From Patescibacteria group bacterium (GTDB taxonomy: Bacteria; Patescibacteriota; Microgenomatia; UBA1400; PJMF01), in contig JAHDXH010000003.1 of the NCBI GenBank assembly GCA_023382875.1, forward strand, positions 7,608 to 71,607: a stretch of 64,000 bases of DNA, given 5' to 3'. Position numbers and translations under genes: made by a program. Of this stretch, positions 18,098 to 27,195 are shown in pieces. The first letter of the stretch is position 1, and every line of letters begins with the position of its first letter. Under the pieces are notes generated by a model that was not told where the DNA came from, did no database searches, and saw nothing but the letters and a program-made list of their open reading frames with translations.

Positions 18098-18808
18098 ATG
18101 GTATCTGCAGTGTTCGTACCAACCAACAGTCGTGCCCCTCGCTGCATCGATGGCCGTAAGGCCATTATGTTTGTCGAGTGGGATAAGGATGCTCAGAAGT
18201 GGGTTGTCGCTAAGCGCGGCGAACAAGCAGGCAAAGAGCTTGGCCCACAGTTTTTGGGCGCAGGCTTAATGTTTGTTCGCATTCTGCAAGAAGTGGCAAA
18301 CATGTCTTTGGTTGCCGCTTTTGAGCGGGTCGAGCATGTCTTCAGTGTTCTGGGCTGGACACCGCAAATTCATATGGATGATCACCATGGTGAATACGAT
18401 TTCCTCAAGATGAGTGACGAGGAAGTCGTGGAAACGGTAGTTGGTCGCTATATTGAAGGTTGTGGTTTCGCCAAGTACGCTTGGGGAGACGAAGCCACCG
18501 ATGTCTTGCACATGGCTGTTGAGCGCAAGTGGCGCATCCAAATTTTAACCGGGGAGCATGAAGAAAAGGGTGCGAGCAAAAACCTGCGCGCCAGCACCAC
18601 CTTCAAAACTCCGCTCCGTGGTGGAAAAACACAATTCAATATCGACATGGGTGATACGAGGTTGGTGCTGATGCTTATCGCATTCACCAACCCCTTCCAG
18701 ACCGATTTCTACCAGAAGGCAGTCGAGTGGGTTCACAACACCTACGACGACGTGGTGATTGCCTTGGGCGGCGTAAGCAAAGCCTCAGAAATCAAGTCGA
18801 TTTATTAG
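18098..18808 (+). CDS. Uncharacterised putative metal-binding protein, paralog 3
   Basis: PRCIDGR, QIHMDDHHGE, EGCGFAKYAWG and ILTGEHEEKG blocks. Start reassigned to the ATG at 18098, which has an AGAAAGG RBS. The ORF-track start at 18020 lacks one. Confidence 0.5.
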   Translation: MVSAVFVPTNSRAPRCIDGRKAIMFVEWDKDAQKWVVAKRGEQAGKELGPQFLGAGLMFVRILQEVANMSLVAAFERVEHVFSVLGWTPQIHMDDHHGEYDFLKMSDEEVVETVVGRYIEGCGFAKYAWGDEATDVLHMAVERKWRIQILTGEHEEKGASKNLRASTTFKTPLRGGKTQFNIDMGDTRLVLMLIAFTNPFQTDFYQKAVEWVHNTYDDVVIALGGVSKASEIKSIY

Positions 18809-18944
18809 GTTTTTTTCACCTCTACCAACAAAAACCTTGAGGCGGACAGTCAATGTTCGCTTCAAAGTCAGTTTCTATTTCAAATTATTGAAGTAAACGC
18901 TGATCTTGAAGCGAACGAATTTAAGGAAGTCTTTTAATACTAAA

Positions 18945-18988
18945 CTCCTCACAGCAGAAATATTTTCTGAAATGTGGGGAGTTTTTTT
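18945..18988 (+). terminator. Intrinsic terminator ending the paralog operon
   Basis: Stem CTCCTCACA / TGTGGGGAG (one G-U pair) with a 19-nt loop, followed by TTTTTTT. Confidence 0.5.
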
Positions 18989-19042
18989 AGTTTAATTTAA
19001 GATTGAGCTTTGATAATAATTGGACAATGCTAAGATAGGAAC

Positions 19043-20440
19043 ATGGCCAAATCATCAACAATGTACGTCTGTCAAAAATGTGAACAAACTTTTGCTAAGT
19101 GGCAAGGGCGTTGTGATAACTGTGGGGCTTGGAATACTTTGGTTGAACAAGTAGTAGAAAAGAAGAGTAAAGGACTTGAAAGTGCTAAAAACATCAAAGC
19201 TGGCGATTTTTTAGTAAAACTACCAGATGTGGACGCACTGGAAGGCCATAAAAAACGTCTTTCTACTGGAATCGGAGAGTTTGATCGGGTGTTGGGCGGT
19301 TCGTGGGACAGCGATAATGATAAAAGTAATGGCAGTGGTATCGTTCCAGGAGCTGTAGTTTTGATTGGTGGCGAGCCGGGTATTGGTAAAAGTACTTTGC
19401 TTACTCAGTTAGTAATAAATTTATCCGCTAGTGATGAAATTGGTAAAATTCTCTATGTTTGCGGAGAAGAGAGTCCAAGCCAAATTGGCCTAAGAATAAA
19501 TAGAATAATCCAAAAAGAACACAAAAAATTTGAAAATAAAAAAGACAAAATTGTTTTTGTTACTGCCACCGATGTAGATACAGTATGCCAAATTATTAAA
19601 ACTGAGCGACCATCTTTATTGATTGTAGATAGTATTCAAACCCTTACTACAGAAGAATTGAGCGGTGCCGCTGGTTCAGCTGGACAAATTAGAGAGACAG
19701 CAGATAGATTGACTGATACGGTAAAACCACTTCATATCCCCACATTTTTGGTTGGACATGTCACCAAAGAAGGTGAGATTGCTGGACCCAAAATCTTGGA
19801 ACACATTGTTGATGCCGTGCTGGAGTTGTCGGGTGACCGAACTGGCGATCTAAGAATTTTGCGTGCTGTCAAAAATCGCTTCGGTGCCACTGACGAAGTG
19901 GGTGTTTTCAAAATCAACGAAGTTGGCTTGCAAGAAGTTTCCAATCCCAGTCAAATCTTTCTTGAATATGCTGAACAAGGTGTTCCTGGCAGTAGTACTG
20001 TTTGTATTATGGAGGGAACCAGACCATTGCTAGTTGAGGTACAAGCCTTGGTTCTTCAATCACAGTTGGCCATGCCAAGGAGAGTGGGCAGGGGAGTAGA
20101 ACTATCAAGGATTCAGGTTTTATCCGCCATTTTGGAAAAACATGCTAAATTACCTTTGGGTTTTAGTGATGTTTTTTTGTCAGTTGCAGGTGGGATCACC
20201 GTAAAAGAGCCGGCGGTTGATTTGGGACTAGCTGTAGCAATCGCTAGTTCTTTAAAAAATAAAATTTTACCCAAAAAGACAATTTTCGTTGGTGAAGTCG
20301 GTCTTTTAGGAGAAATAAGAAATGTCTCATATATAGAAAGACGGATCAAAGAAGCAAAAAGGCTGGGGTACACCAATGTCATTTCAAGAAAGACTCACGC
20401 TAGAGTAAAAGATGTGCTCAAAGAACTAGAACTTCTTTAA
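19043..20440 (+). CDS. radA: DNA repair protein RadA/Sms
   Basis: N-terminal C4 zinc ribbon (CQKCEQ...CDNCGAW). Walker A motif GGEPGIGKSTLL and the KNRFG motif. A C-terminal Lon-like domain is also present. Confidence 0.85.
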   Translation: MAKSSTMYVCQKCEQTFAKWQGRCDNCGAWNTLVEQVVEKKSKGLESAKNIKAGDFLVKLPDVDALEGHKKRLSTGIGEFDRVLGGSWDSDNDKSNGSGIVPGAVVLIGGEPGIGKSTLLTQLVINLSASDEIGKILYVCGEESPSQIGLRINRIIQKEHKKFENKKDKIVFVTATDVDTVCQIIKTERPSLLIVDSIQTLTTEELSGAAGSAGQIRETADRLTDTVKPLHIPTFLVGHVTKEGEIAGPKILEHIVDAVLELSGDRTGDLRILRAVKNRFGATDEVGVFKINEVGLQEVSNPSQIFLEYAEQGVPGSSTVCIMEGTRPLLVEVQALVLQSQLAMPRRVGRGVELSRIQVLSAILEKHAKLPLGFSDVFLSVAGGITVKEPAVDLGLAVAIASSLKNKILPKKTIFVGEVGLLGEIRNVSYIERRIKEAKRLGYTNVISRKTHARVKDVLKELELL

Positions 20441-20529
20441 ATAATGGTTTGGTAAAAATTCGGTTAGCTAAAAAAGCACATAAGGTAATAGCTGACCTAA
20501 AAAACTAGTAAAACCTATGCTTTTGGAGA

Positions 20530-22752
20530 TTACTTAACTTTGCCGTACTTTTCGCGAGAGGCGCGAATGACCTTTTCTTTATTCCCATTTTTGCTTTTGG
20601 CAGGTGGTAGGGTGAGAGCAGGGAATGGCCTAGAAACGATATTGTCGATGGAAATTTTATTGATAACCTGATGTCTACTTAATGAAACCAAATCTTCGCT
20701 AGTATATTTTTCACCATATTCCTTGGCAAAAACACTGGCATCATCAGAGCCCATGACAAAACTGGCCATAGTTCCACAGTTGCCGAAGATGGCCTTTTGT
20801 ACCTCCTCTGGAATTTGAGCAATATACTGGTTGGCCAAAATTAGATTGAGGCGATATTTTCTAGCTTCAGAGAGAATTTTGTTGAATGATTCAGTGGCAA
20901 AGTTTTGGAACTCGTCGACATAGAGGAAAAAATCGCGTCTTTCTTCTTCTGAAATATAGACTCTACCCATAGCCGCCAGCTGAATTTTAGTAATTAACAT
21001 GGCGCCTAAGAGAGTGGCGTTATCTTCTCCAAGTTTTCCTTGAGAGAGATTAACCAATAAAATTTTACCCTCATTCATAATTTGCTCGATGGAAAACGAG
21101 CTTTTTTGTGTATTAACCACATTGCGAATGATAGGAGAGGTCACAAATTGACCAATTTTATTCAAAATAGGAGCAATAGCTTCGGTCATTTGTTTGGGCT
21201 GCATTTTGGCAAATTCACCAGTCCAAAAACTTTTCAAAATTGGATCATCAAGATTTTCGACGATGTTATCTCTAAATTTTTCATTGGTCAAAAGGTCGAT
21301 GATGTCTGACATTTTTGCGCTCTTACTTTGAAGCAAAGTGAGTAGAGCATTACGCAAAATATACTCAAGTCTTGGTCCCCAAGAATAAGCATAGAGTTTA
21401 TGGAAAATTGAGATAATACCAGAGGCGATTAACTCACGGTGTTGCACATTTTCACCTTCAAAAAGATTGAGTTTAATGGTTCTCTCTGTATCGCCAGGGT
21501 CAAAATAAACAACGTCATTAATTCTTTTGGATGGAATGTAGTCGAGAAGTGTCTCAACTAGGTCTCCATGTGGATCGATCACACAAAGTCCCTCGCCGTT
21601 TTTTAAGTCATTGATAGCCATATTGGCCAGCATGGTTGATTTTCCGGTACCGGTTTTTCCAATCACATACATATGGCGACGACGGTCAGCGCGCTTAAGG
21701 CCATAGACGACTTCTTGATTTTTATAAATGACTTTGGCGTAAGGATTAATTTCTTTTTTAAGAGCTGAATCCATGTCTCGAATGACAATAGGTAGGTTTT
21801 CTGGTGGTTCTCCCAATAAATTTTTTCCCCAAGCAATATTGGGAATAGTGGAGAGGTTGGCATTGGGTAAGTGGAAAATTGTAGCCAGCTCGTCAAGACT
21901 TAAGTTGAAATTGTTGGTCAGGCCAAAGCTGCGATTTTTGATGTCTCTAATGAATAAATTCTTGAACAAAAAGCTCTTCCATAGGTAGAAGCTATTACTT
22001 TCTGATTGAGTAATAGCTTGGAAAGAATTGGTTAAATTTTCTAGTAAAATGTCGGCTCGGTCTTGATTGTTAGAAGCCACCATCAAACGAATGGCGGTCT
22101 TTAAAGCAGTTGTTTTGAGTTTTTTTTGAATTAAGTCTTTTTGGGGATGAGTTTCTTTGGTAGTAGAGGAGCCAGTCAGTTCGTCGGCAATATTGAGGTT
22201 TTTTTTATCGACTTGAGTGTAACCTTTGCTGCGCCAGCCGAGGTTATTTTTGGAAATGACTAATTGAATACCGACTTTGTCAAAAGGACCGGCTTTGGCT
22301 AAGACAGATAAGACCGTTGCCAAAGGATCAATATTAGTAAAGTCCTTGTAATCTTTGAGGGGTAAATAATCAGGGCCAGTGAGTTTGAGATGGCCAAGAC
22401 TCAAATAAGTACTTTTGTCACTTAAATATTGGAGTTGATCTTGATGCTTATGAATATTAACAAAGTGATCCAAAGGGTCAAAATCAAGTTGATTGATCAT
22501 TATTTCCGGATAACTAGCTTGAAGAAGACTTCTCAAGTATTCTGCTAATCTCTCTGGAACGTAGCACAAAAAATAAATTGTTTGACTTAATGACAAAATC
22601 TCAAAACTTAAGTGTTCATCTTGATTGAGTAATTTGTAGTAAAGATTATGGCGAAGCTTGGGTAGGGTAGCAAAGAGTTGAGCCGCTGTCTCTGGGGTGT
22701 GTTCAGCGTCTCGACCGGTTCTCAGCTCAAGAATAACGTGTCTAGAAGACAT
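20530..22752 (-). CDS. VirD4/TraD/TrwB-like P-loop ATPase (type IV coupling-protein-like), orphan
   Basis: Walker A motif YVIGKTGTGKST and Walker B/DExQ-like motif FLYVDEFQNFA. The about 740-aa size is typical of conjugative coupling-protein/HerA-FtsK-like ATPases. No other T4SS genes are in the window. Confidence 0.5.
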   Translation of the reverse strand: MSSRHVILELRTGRDAEHTPETAAQLFATLPKLRHNLYYKLLNQDEHLSFEILSLSQTIYFLCYVPERLAEYLRSLLQASYPEIMINQLDFDPLDHFVNIHKHQDQLQYLSDKSTYLSLGHLKLTGPDYLPLKDYKDFTNIDPLATVLSVLAKAGPFDKVGIQLVISKNNLGWRSKGYTQVDKKNLNIADELTGSSTTKETHPQKDLIQKKLKTTALKTAIRLMVASNNQDRADILLENLTNSFQAITQSESNSFYLWKSFLFKNLFIRDIKNRSFGLTNNFNLSLDELATIFHLPNANLSTIPNIAWGKNLLGEPPENLPIVIRDMDSALKKEINPYAKVIYKNQEVVYGLKRADRRRHMYVIGKTGTGKSTMLANMAINDLKNGEGLCVIDPHGDLVETLLDYIPSKRINDVVYFDPGDTERTIKLNLFEGENVQHRELIASGIISIFHKLYAYSWGPRLEYILRNALLTLLQSKSAKMSDIIDLLTNEKFRDNIVENLDDPILKSFWTGEFAKMQPKQMTEAIAPILNKIGQFVTSPIIRNVVNTQKSSFSIEQIMNEGKILLVNLSQGKLGEDNATLLGAMLITKIQLAAMGRVYISEEERRDFFLYVDEFQNFATESFNKILSEARKYRLNLILANQYIAQIPEEVQKAIFGNCGTMASFVMGSDDASVFAKEYGEKYTSEDLVSLSRHQVINKISIDNIVSRPFPALTLPPAKSKNGNKEKVIRASREKYGKVK

Positions 22753-22920
22753 AGTAATAGTATATAGAAGTCAAGGCAAATAGGCTAGTTATTCACTCAA
22801 TAGTTTTTCCATATTTACTAACACTTCAAAATCAGTGTTGATAACTTTTTATTCAAATCTGGTTTTTGTTAACAAATAAAATTATGAGATACCTAAAAAA
22901 TAGAGGAGAATAAATTATAG

Positions 22921-22951
22921 GTTGACCAAAGTAATAAAAGTAGTTATACTC
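22921..22951 (+). promoter_or_regulatory. Candidate sigma-70-type promoter for rho (TTGACC - 17 bp - TATACT)
   Basis: Hexamers read directly from the sequence. It lies about 420 nt upstream of the rho ATG, implying a long leader. Confidence 0.3.
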
Positions 22952-23369
22952 GACTAAGAACGTTAAAAAAGATAAAAAAAGAGCCAAGGTAAACCTTGAC
23001 TCTTCACAAACAAAAAAAGCATTAATACCGCTGGACAGGCCACGAGTAACAATGCTTTTCTTGAAACTTACAGCATGAATTAATCATGCTCCATGTGAAT
23101 ATAGTAGGGTGTTTTTGTACTCAGGGCAACTAGATCTTATTATTATCTTTTATATACAAATAGCAGAGTTGGCAGTCTCTAAGCGGAGGTTCGACAGTTG
23201 GGCAGGCAGCCGAGCCTCCACTTAGGGATTTTTGACAAAGTTATCAAAGAGTGCGATAATTGCTCGTACTTCAGACAAATAGTTCTTCCGTCGTGAATTT
23301 ATTTTTCAAAAATTAGTAAATAATTAGTTATGTGCCCATTAGTAGGGCGTTTTCATAAAATAAAACCTT

Positions 23370-24758
23370 ATGTCAGATGATTTAAATCAAATCATTGGTC
23401 AACCTCCTGTAGATGATGTTGATCAAGAAATAGCAGAGACCCAAGCAGATCAAGCTGATCAAATTGAAATCCAAGCTTTAAAAGAAGAAAAAAAAGAAGA
23501 TAAGTCAGTTTCAAAAGAAACTACCTCCAAAGAAAACACTCCCGTTTCTAAACCGAAAATTGTTCCAGTTGCGCCACTCAAACCATCTTTAATGAGACCA
23601 AAGAAAAAAGAGATGGAAGATGATGGCCCAGCCGAAACCGTTCGTGGTGTTTTAGACCTCTCTAGAGATGGTCATGGTGTGTTGCGTCCAGAATTTTCTG
23701 AATCAGAGCGTGATATCTATATTTCTAACTCTCAAATCCGTCGTTTCAAATTACAGGGTGGAGACATGGTTGAAGGTCCAGGTCGTGCTCCTAAGGAAAA
23801 TGAGCGCTATTGGGGTTTACTCAAGGTTGAAAGAGTGAACGACCGCGATGTCGAAGACCATATCAAAAACTTTGACAAAGTTAAATTTCACCGCTTAACA
23901 CCAGTTTATCCAGATCAACAAATCAAATTAGAGATCGGTGAAGAGCCATTGTCTCTTAGAATCATTGATTTGGTTGCTCCAATTGGTAAAGGTCAGAGAA
24001 GTTTGATCGTTTCGCCACCTAAGGCTGGTAAAACCACCTTGCTCAAAGATATCGCTACTGGTATCGCTAGAAATCATCCAGAGATTCATTTAATGGCTGT
24101 TTTGGTGGGTGAGAGACCTGAGGAAGTCACTGACATCAGAAGGCATATTAGTCACATTACAGGTGGCAAGGGTGAAACCGCTGCTAGTAACTTTGACGAA
24201 CCAGCCAAAGACCAATGCCGTGTGGCTGAATTAGCTTTGGAAAAAGCCAAAAGAATGGTAGAAACCGGCAAAGATGTAGTGATCTTGCTTGACTCTATTA
24301 CTAGATTGGCTCGGGCTTATAACTTATCTATTCCTACTTCTGGTCGTACTTTGTCTGGCGGTTTTGACCCAGCAGCTTTGTTCCCACCAAAGAAATTCTT
24401 TGGTGCCGCTCGTAACTTTGAAGTTCAAGGTAGTTTGACTATCATTGCCACAGCTTTGGTCGAGACTGGTTCTAGAATGGATGACTTGGTTTTCGAAGAG
24501 TTCAAGGGTACTGGTAACCAAGAAGTTAGTTTGGACAGAAGATTGGCTGAGAGAAGAATTTACCCAGCTATTAATGTTCAAAAATCAGGCACTAGAAGAG
24601 ATGATTTATTATTCGATCCAGTTACTTATCAATCAGTTATTACTCTGCAAAGAATGATGGACATGGTTGATGGGGATGACAGAACCATGACTTTAATCAC
24701 TCAAATGAAGAGAAGTAAGACTAATAAAGACTTCTTGGCTTCTTTGAAATCTGGTTAA
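23370..24758 (+). CDS. rho: Transcription termination factor Rho (with N-terminal insertion)
   Basis: [33 protein letters not shown] (Walker A and Q-loop context). The RNA-binding domain and C-terminal RecA-like ATPase are both present. An N-terminal acidic/K-rich extension is also present. Confidence 0.85.
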   Translation: MSDDLNQIIGQPPVDDVDQEIAETQADQADQIEIQALKEEKKEDKSVSKETTSKENTPVSKPKIVPVAPLKPSLMRPKKKEMEDDGPAETVRGVLDLSRDGHGVLRPEFSESERDIYISNSQIRRFKLQGGDMVEGPGRAPKENERYWGLLKVERVNDRDVEDHIKNFDKVKFHRLTPVYPDQQIKLEIGEEPLSLRIIDLVAPIGKGQRSLIVSPPKAGKTTLLKDIATGIARNHPEIHLMAVLVGERPEEVTDIRRHISHITGGKGETAASNFDEPAKDQCRVAELALEKAKRMVETGKDVVILLDSITRLARAYNLSIPTSGRTLSGGFDPAALFPPKKFFGAARNFEVQGSLTIIATALVETGSRMDDLVFEEFKGTGNQEVSLDRRLAERRIYPAINVQKSGTRRDDLLFDPVTYQSVITLQRMMDMVDGDDRTMTLITQMKRSKTNKDFLASLKSG

Positions 24759-24793
24759 GTCGCAGTTAGGTCGTAGCTGATATAATTTCTTTA

Positions 24794-25912
24794 ATGGCTC
24801 AGATTACGATTCGTTTTCGTCTACCTAAATTTTTTTTGGAGATCCCAATTTTTCTAAGCTTCATTAGAAGATATGTTAGATTAAGGGGTTATCGTTTCTT
24901 TTCTCGTTTTGAAGTAGGGAAGGACTTTTTGGTTGACATTCTTTATCAAAAACGTGGTCGTTATGCCAGACCTTTTCTTCATTTTGGCACGATTAGTTTG
25001 CTTTTCTTTGTCATTACCTTTGGTCCAATTATTTTTGCTCAAAGTGATAACTTAGATCAAGAAGCGGGTGGGGGAGTTTTGGCTTTAGGTACTGATTTTA
25101 CGACTGACTTTTATACTCTTCAGGCAGAAGAAGTGCGTCAATATCGTGGTGGTGAAACTACTACCCACATTGTCCAAGATGGTGAAACTATTGCTTCAAT
25201 CGCAGCTCGTTATGGATTGGAATCAAGTACAATCCTTTGGGAAAACAATCTAACCGCCTCTAGTAAGATTAAACCTGGTCAAGAGTTAGTGATTTTGCCA
25301 GTTGATGGTGTGCGACATAAAGTTAAAAAGGGTGAAACTATTTACACCATTGGTAAAAAGTATGGACTTGAGGATACTCAAGCTCAGGTAATTGTCGACT
25401 ATCCGTTTAATGAATTTTTGAATGACGAGACTTTCGAGTTGGCTACCGGCCAATTTTTGATGGTTCCTGGTGGTGTGATGCCTAACGCTCCAGTCACCAC
25501 AAGACCGGTGGCAGTAGTGATTACGCCTGATGCTGGTGCGGTTTCTGGTACTGGTAGTTTTGTCTGGCCGGCTGCGGGTCGTATTACTCAGGGTTATAGT
25601 TTCTACCACAAAGCCTTTGACATTGCTAACAAGAGTGGAGGACCGATTTTGGCCGCAGATTCTGGTACGGTTGTGATCGCAGGATGGGTTGATAATTCGG
25701 GCTATGGTAACAGAGTGATGATTGACCATGGCAACGGATATGTTACTCTATACGGTCACATGAGCGTTGTTCAGGTTAGACCAGGTCAAAGAGTTAACCG
25801 CGGCGATGTTTTGGGACAAATGGGAAGTACTGGTCGTTCAACTGGTACCCATTTACACTTCGAAATTAGATCTGGAGGCGGACTTTTGAATCCAGGTAAT
25901 TTCTTGAAATAA
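24794..25912 (+). CDS. LysM-domain M23 family metallopeptidase
   Basis: Two LysM-like repeats (HIVQDGETIASIAARYGL; HKVKKGETIYTIGKKYGL). The M23 motifs HxxxD...HLHFEIR are present. A TM anchor is also present. Confidence 0.75.
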   Translation: MAQITIRFRLPKFFLEIPIFLSFIRRYVRLRGYRFFSRFEVGKDFLVDILYQKRGRYARPFLHFGTISLLFFVITFGPIIFAQSDNLDQEAGGGVLALGTDFTTDFYTLQAEEVRQYRGGETTTHIVQDGETIASIAARYGLESSTILWENNLTASSKIKPGQELVILPVDGVRHKVKKGETIYTIGKKYGLEDTQAQVIVDYPFNEFLNDETFELATGQFLMVPGGVMPNAPVTTRPVAVVITPDAGAVSGTGSFVWPAAGRITQGYSFYHKAFDIANKSGGPILAADSGTVVIAGWVDNSGYGNRVMIDHGNGYVTLYGHMSVVQVRPGQRVNRGDVLGQMGSTGRSTGTHLHFEIRSGGGLLNPGNFLK

Positions 25913-25913
25913 T

Positions 25914-27146
25914 ATGATTGATTTAGTTAAATTGCTTTTAATAGCCGGAGATGGTGGCAATGGCCGCGTTTCTTTTTATCGTGCCAAATTTATTACCAAG
26001 GGTGGTCCTGATGGTGGTTACGGTGGTAATGGTGGCGATATTATTTTTGTTGGTGATAAACATACTTCTACTTTGAAACACTTGGCTGGTGTGACCGAAA
26101 TTGTGGCTAATAAGGGTGGTCACGGAGGTAAAAAGAAGATGCACGGTGCTGATGCCGAGCCGATATTTGTTAAAGTGCCGGTTGGTACAACTTTGTGGTC
26201 TATCGCTGAAAACGACTTAGCCAAGCGAAGAAGAACTGGAATTAGCTTGAGTCGACCTTTTTCCAAAAATGAAGTCCGTTTTGAGACTTATGAAGTAGAA
26301 AGAGAAACGATTTCTCCTTCTGAGCGCGATGTGGCTGGACTTGATCATGTTTATGATGAAAATGCTTTGGATCAAGATTTTAAGATTAAAAACCTCAATA
26401 TTAACGATGTTGCAAAAGAAAAATTAGTCGAAATAACTGAAGACGGTCAAGAAGTAGTGGTTTGTCAGGGTGGTTTTGGTGGACGAGGTAATATCGCTTT
26501 CAAAAATTCTCGCAATACTACACCAATGGAAGCAGAATATGGAACACAGGGTGAGAGAAGAGTGGTTTTAGTGGAACTAAAATTATTAGCTAACGTTGGT
26601 TTGGTTGGTTTTCCTAATGCAGGTAAGAGTACCTTAATTAGCAAAATAACCAAAGCAAATCCTAAGATAGCTAATTATCCATTCACCACTCTGGAGCCTC
26701 ATCTGGGCATTTTAGAAACTGCCGGTGGTCGTGAACTCATTATAGCGGATATTCCGGGATTAGTAGAAGGGGCAAGTGAAGGTAAAGGTCTAGGTTTTTC
26801 TTTCCTTCGTCATGTGGAGGCTTGTCAGGTTTTACTTTTTGTCTTGGCACTTGAAGAAAGTGTAATCTTTGATGAAAGTGTTTCTTTATCACAAAAGGCA
26901 GAACAACTTTGGTCAGAATACCAAACTCTCAAAAATGAACTTGGTCAATACGGAGAAGCCATGCTTACTAAACCTCACTTCATTGGTTTGAACAAAGTTG
27001 ACTTGTATAGCCAAGAATTAAGAGACGAAATCGAAAAGTTGTTTGCCCAAAAGAGTGAAAAATTCGAATTCTTTAGTGGTTTTACTGGTGAAAACCTCGA
27101 CAAGATCGGAACAATTTTGGTCCGATTGGTTGACGAGTATATTTAA
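25914..27146 (+). CDS. obg: GTPase Obg/CgtA (with about 90-aa insertion in the Obg fold)
   Basis: Gly-rich Obg N-domain (GDGGNGRVSFYRAKFITKGGPDGGYGGNGGD). The G1 motif VGLVGFPNAGKSTL is present, as are G3 and G4 elements. Confidence 0.8.
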   Translation: MIDLVKLLLIAGDGGNGRVSFYRAKFITKGGPDGGYGGNGGDIIFVGDKHTSTLKHLAGVTEIVANKGGHGGKKKMHGADAEPIFVKVPVGTTLWSIAENDLAKRRRTGISLSRPFSKNEVRFETYEVERETISPSERDVAGLDHVYDENALDQDFKIKNLNINDVAKEKLVEITEDGQEVVVCQGGFGGRGNIAFKNSRNTTPMEAEYGTQGERRVVLVELKLLANVGLVGFPNAGKSTLISKITKANPKIANYPFTTLEPHLGILETAGGRELIIADIPGLVEGASEGKGLGFSFLRHVEACQVLLFVLALEESVIFDESVSLSQKAEQLWSEYQTLKNELGQYGEAMLTKPHFIGLNKVDLYSQELRDEIEKLFAQKSEKFEFFSGFTGENLDKIGTILVRLVDEYI

Positions 27147-27195
27147 CTTTCTAACTTAATCACGCTTTTTTAATCAACACTTTGTTAGTTGGTGT

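Noticed and set aside
23185-23200. GGAGGTTCGAC resembling a tRNA T-arm
   Set aside because: No acceptor, D or anticodon arms can be built around it. It pairs instead with CGAGCCTCC downstream as a simple hairpin.
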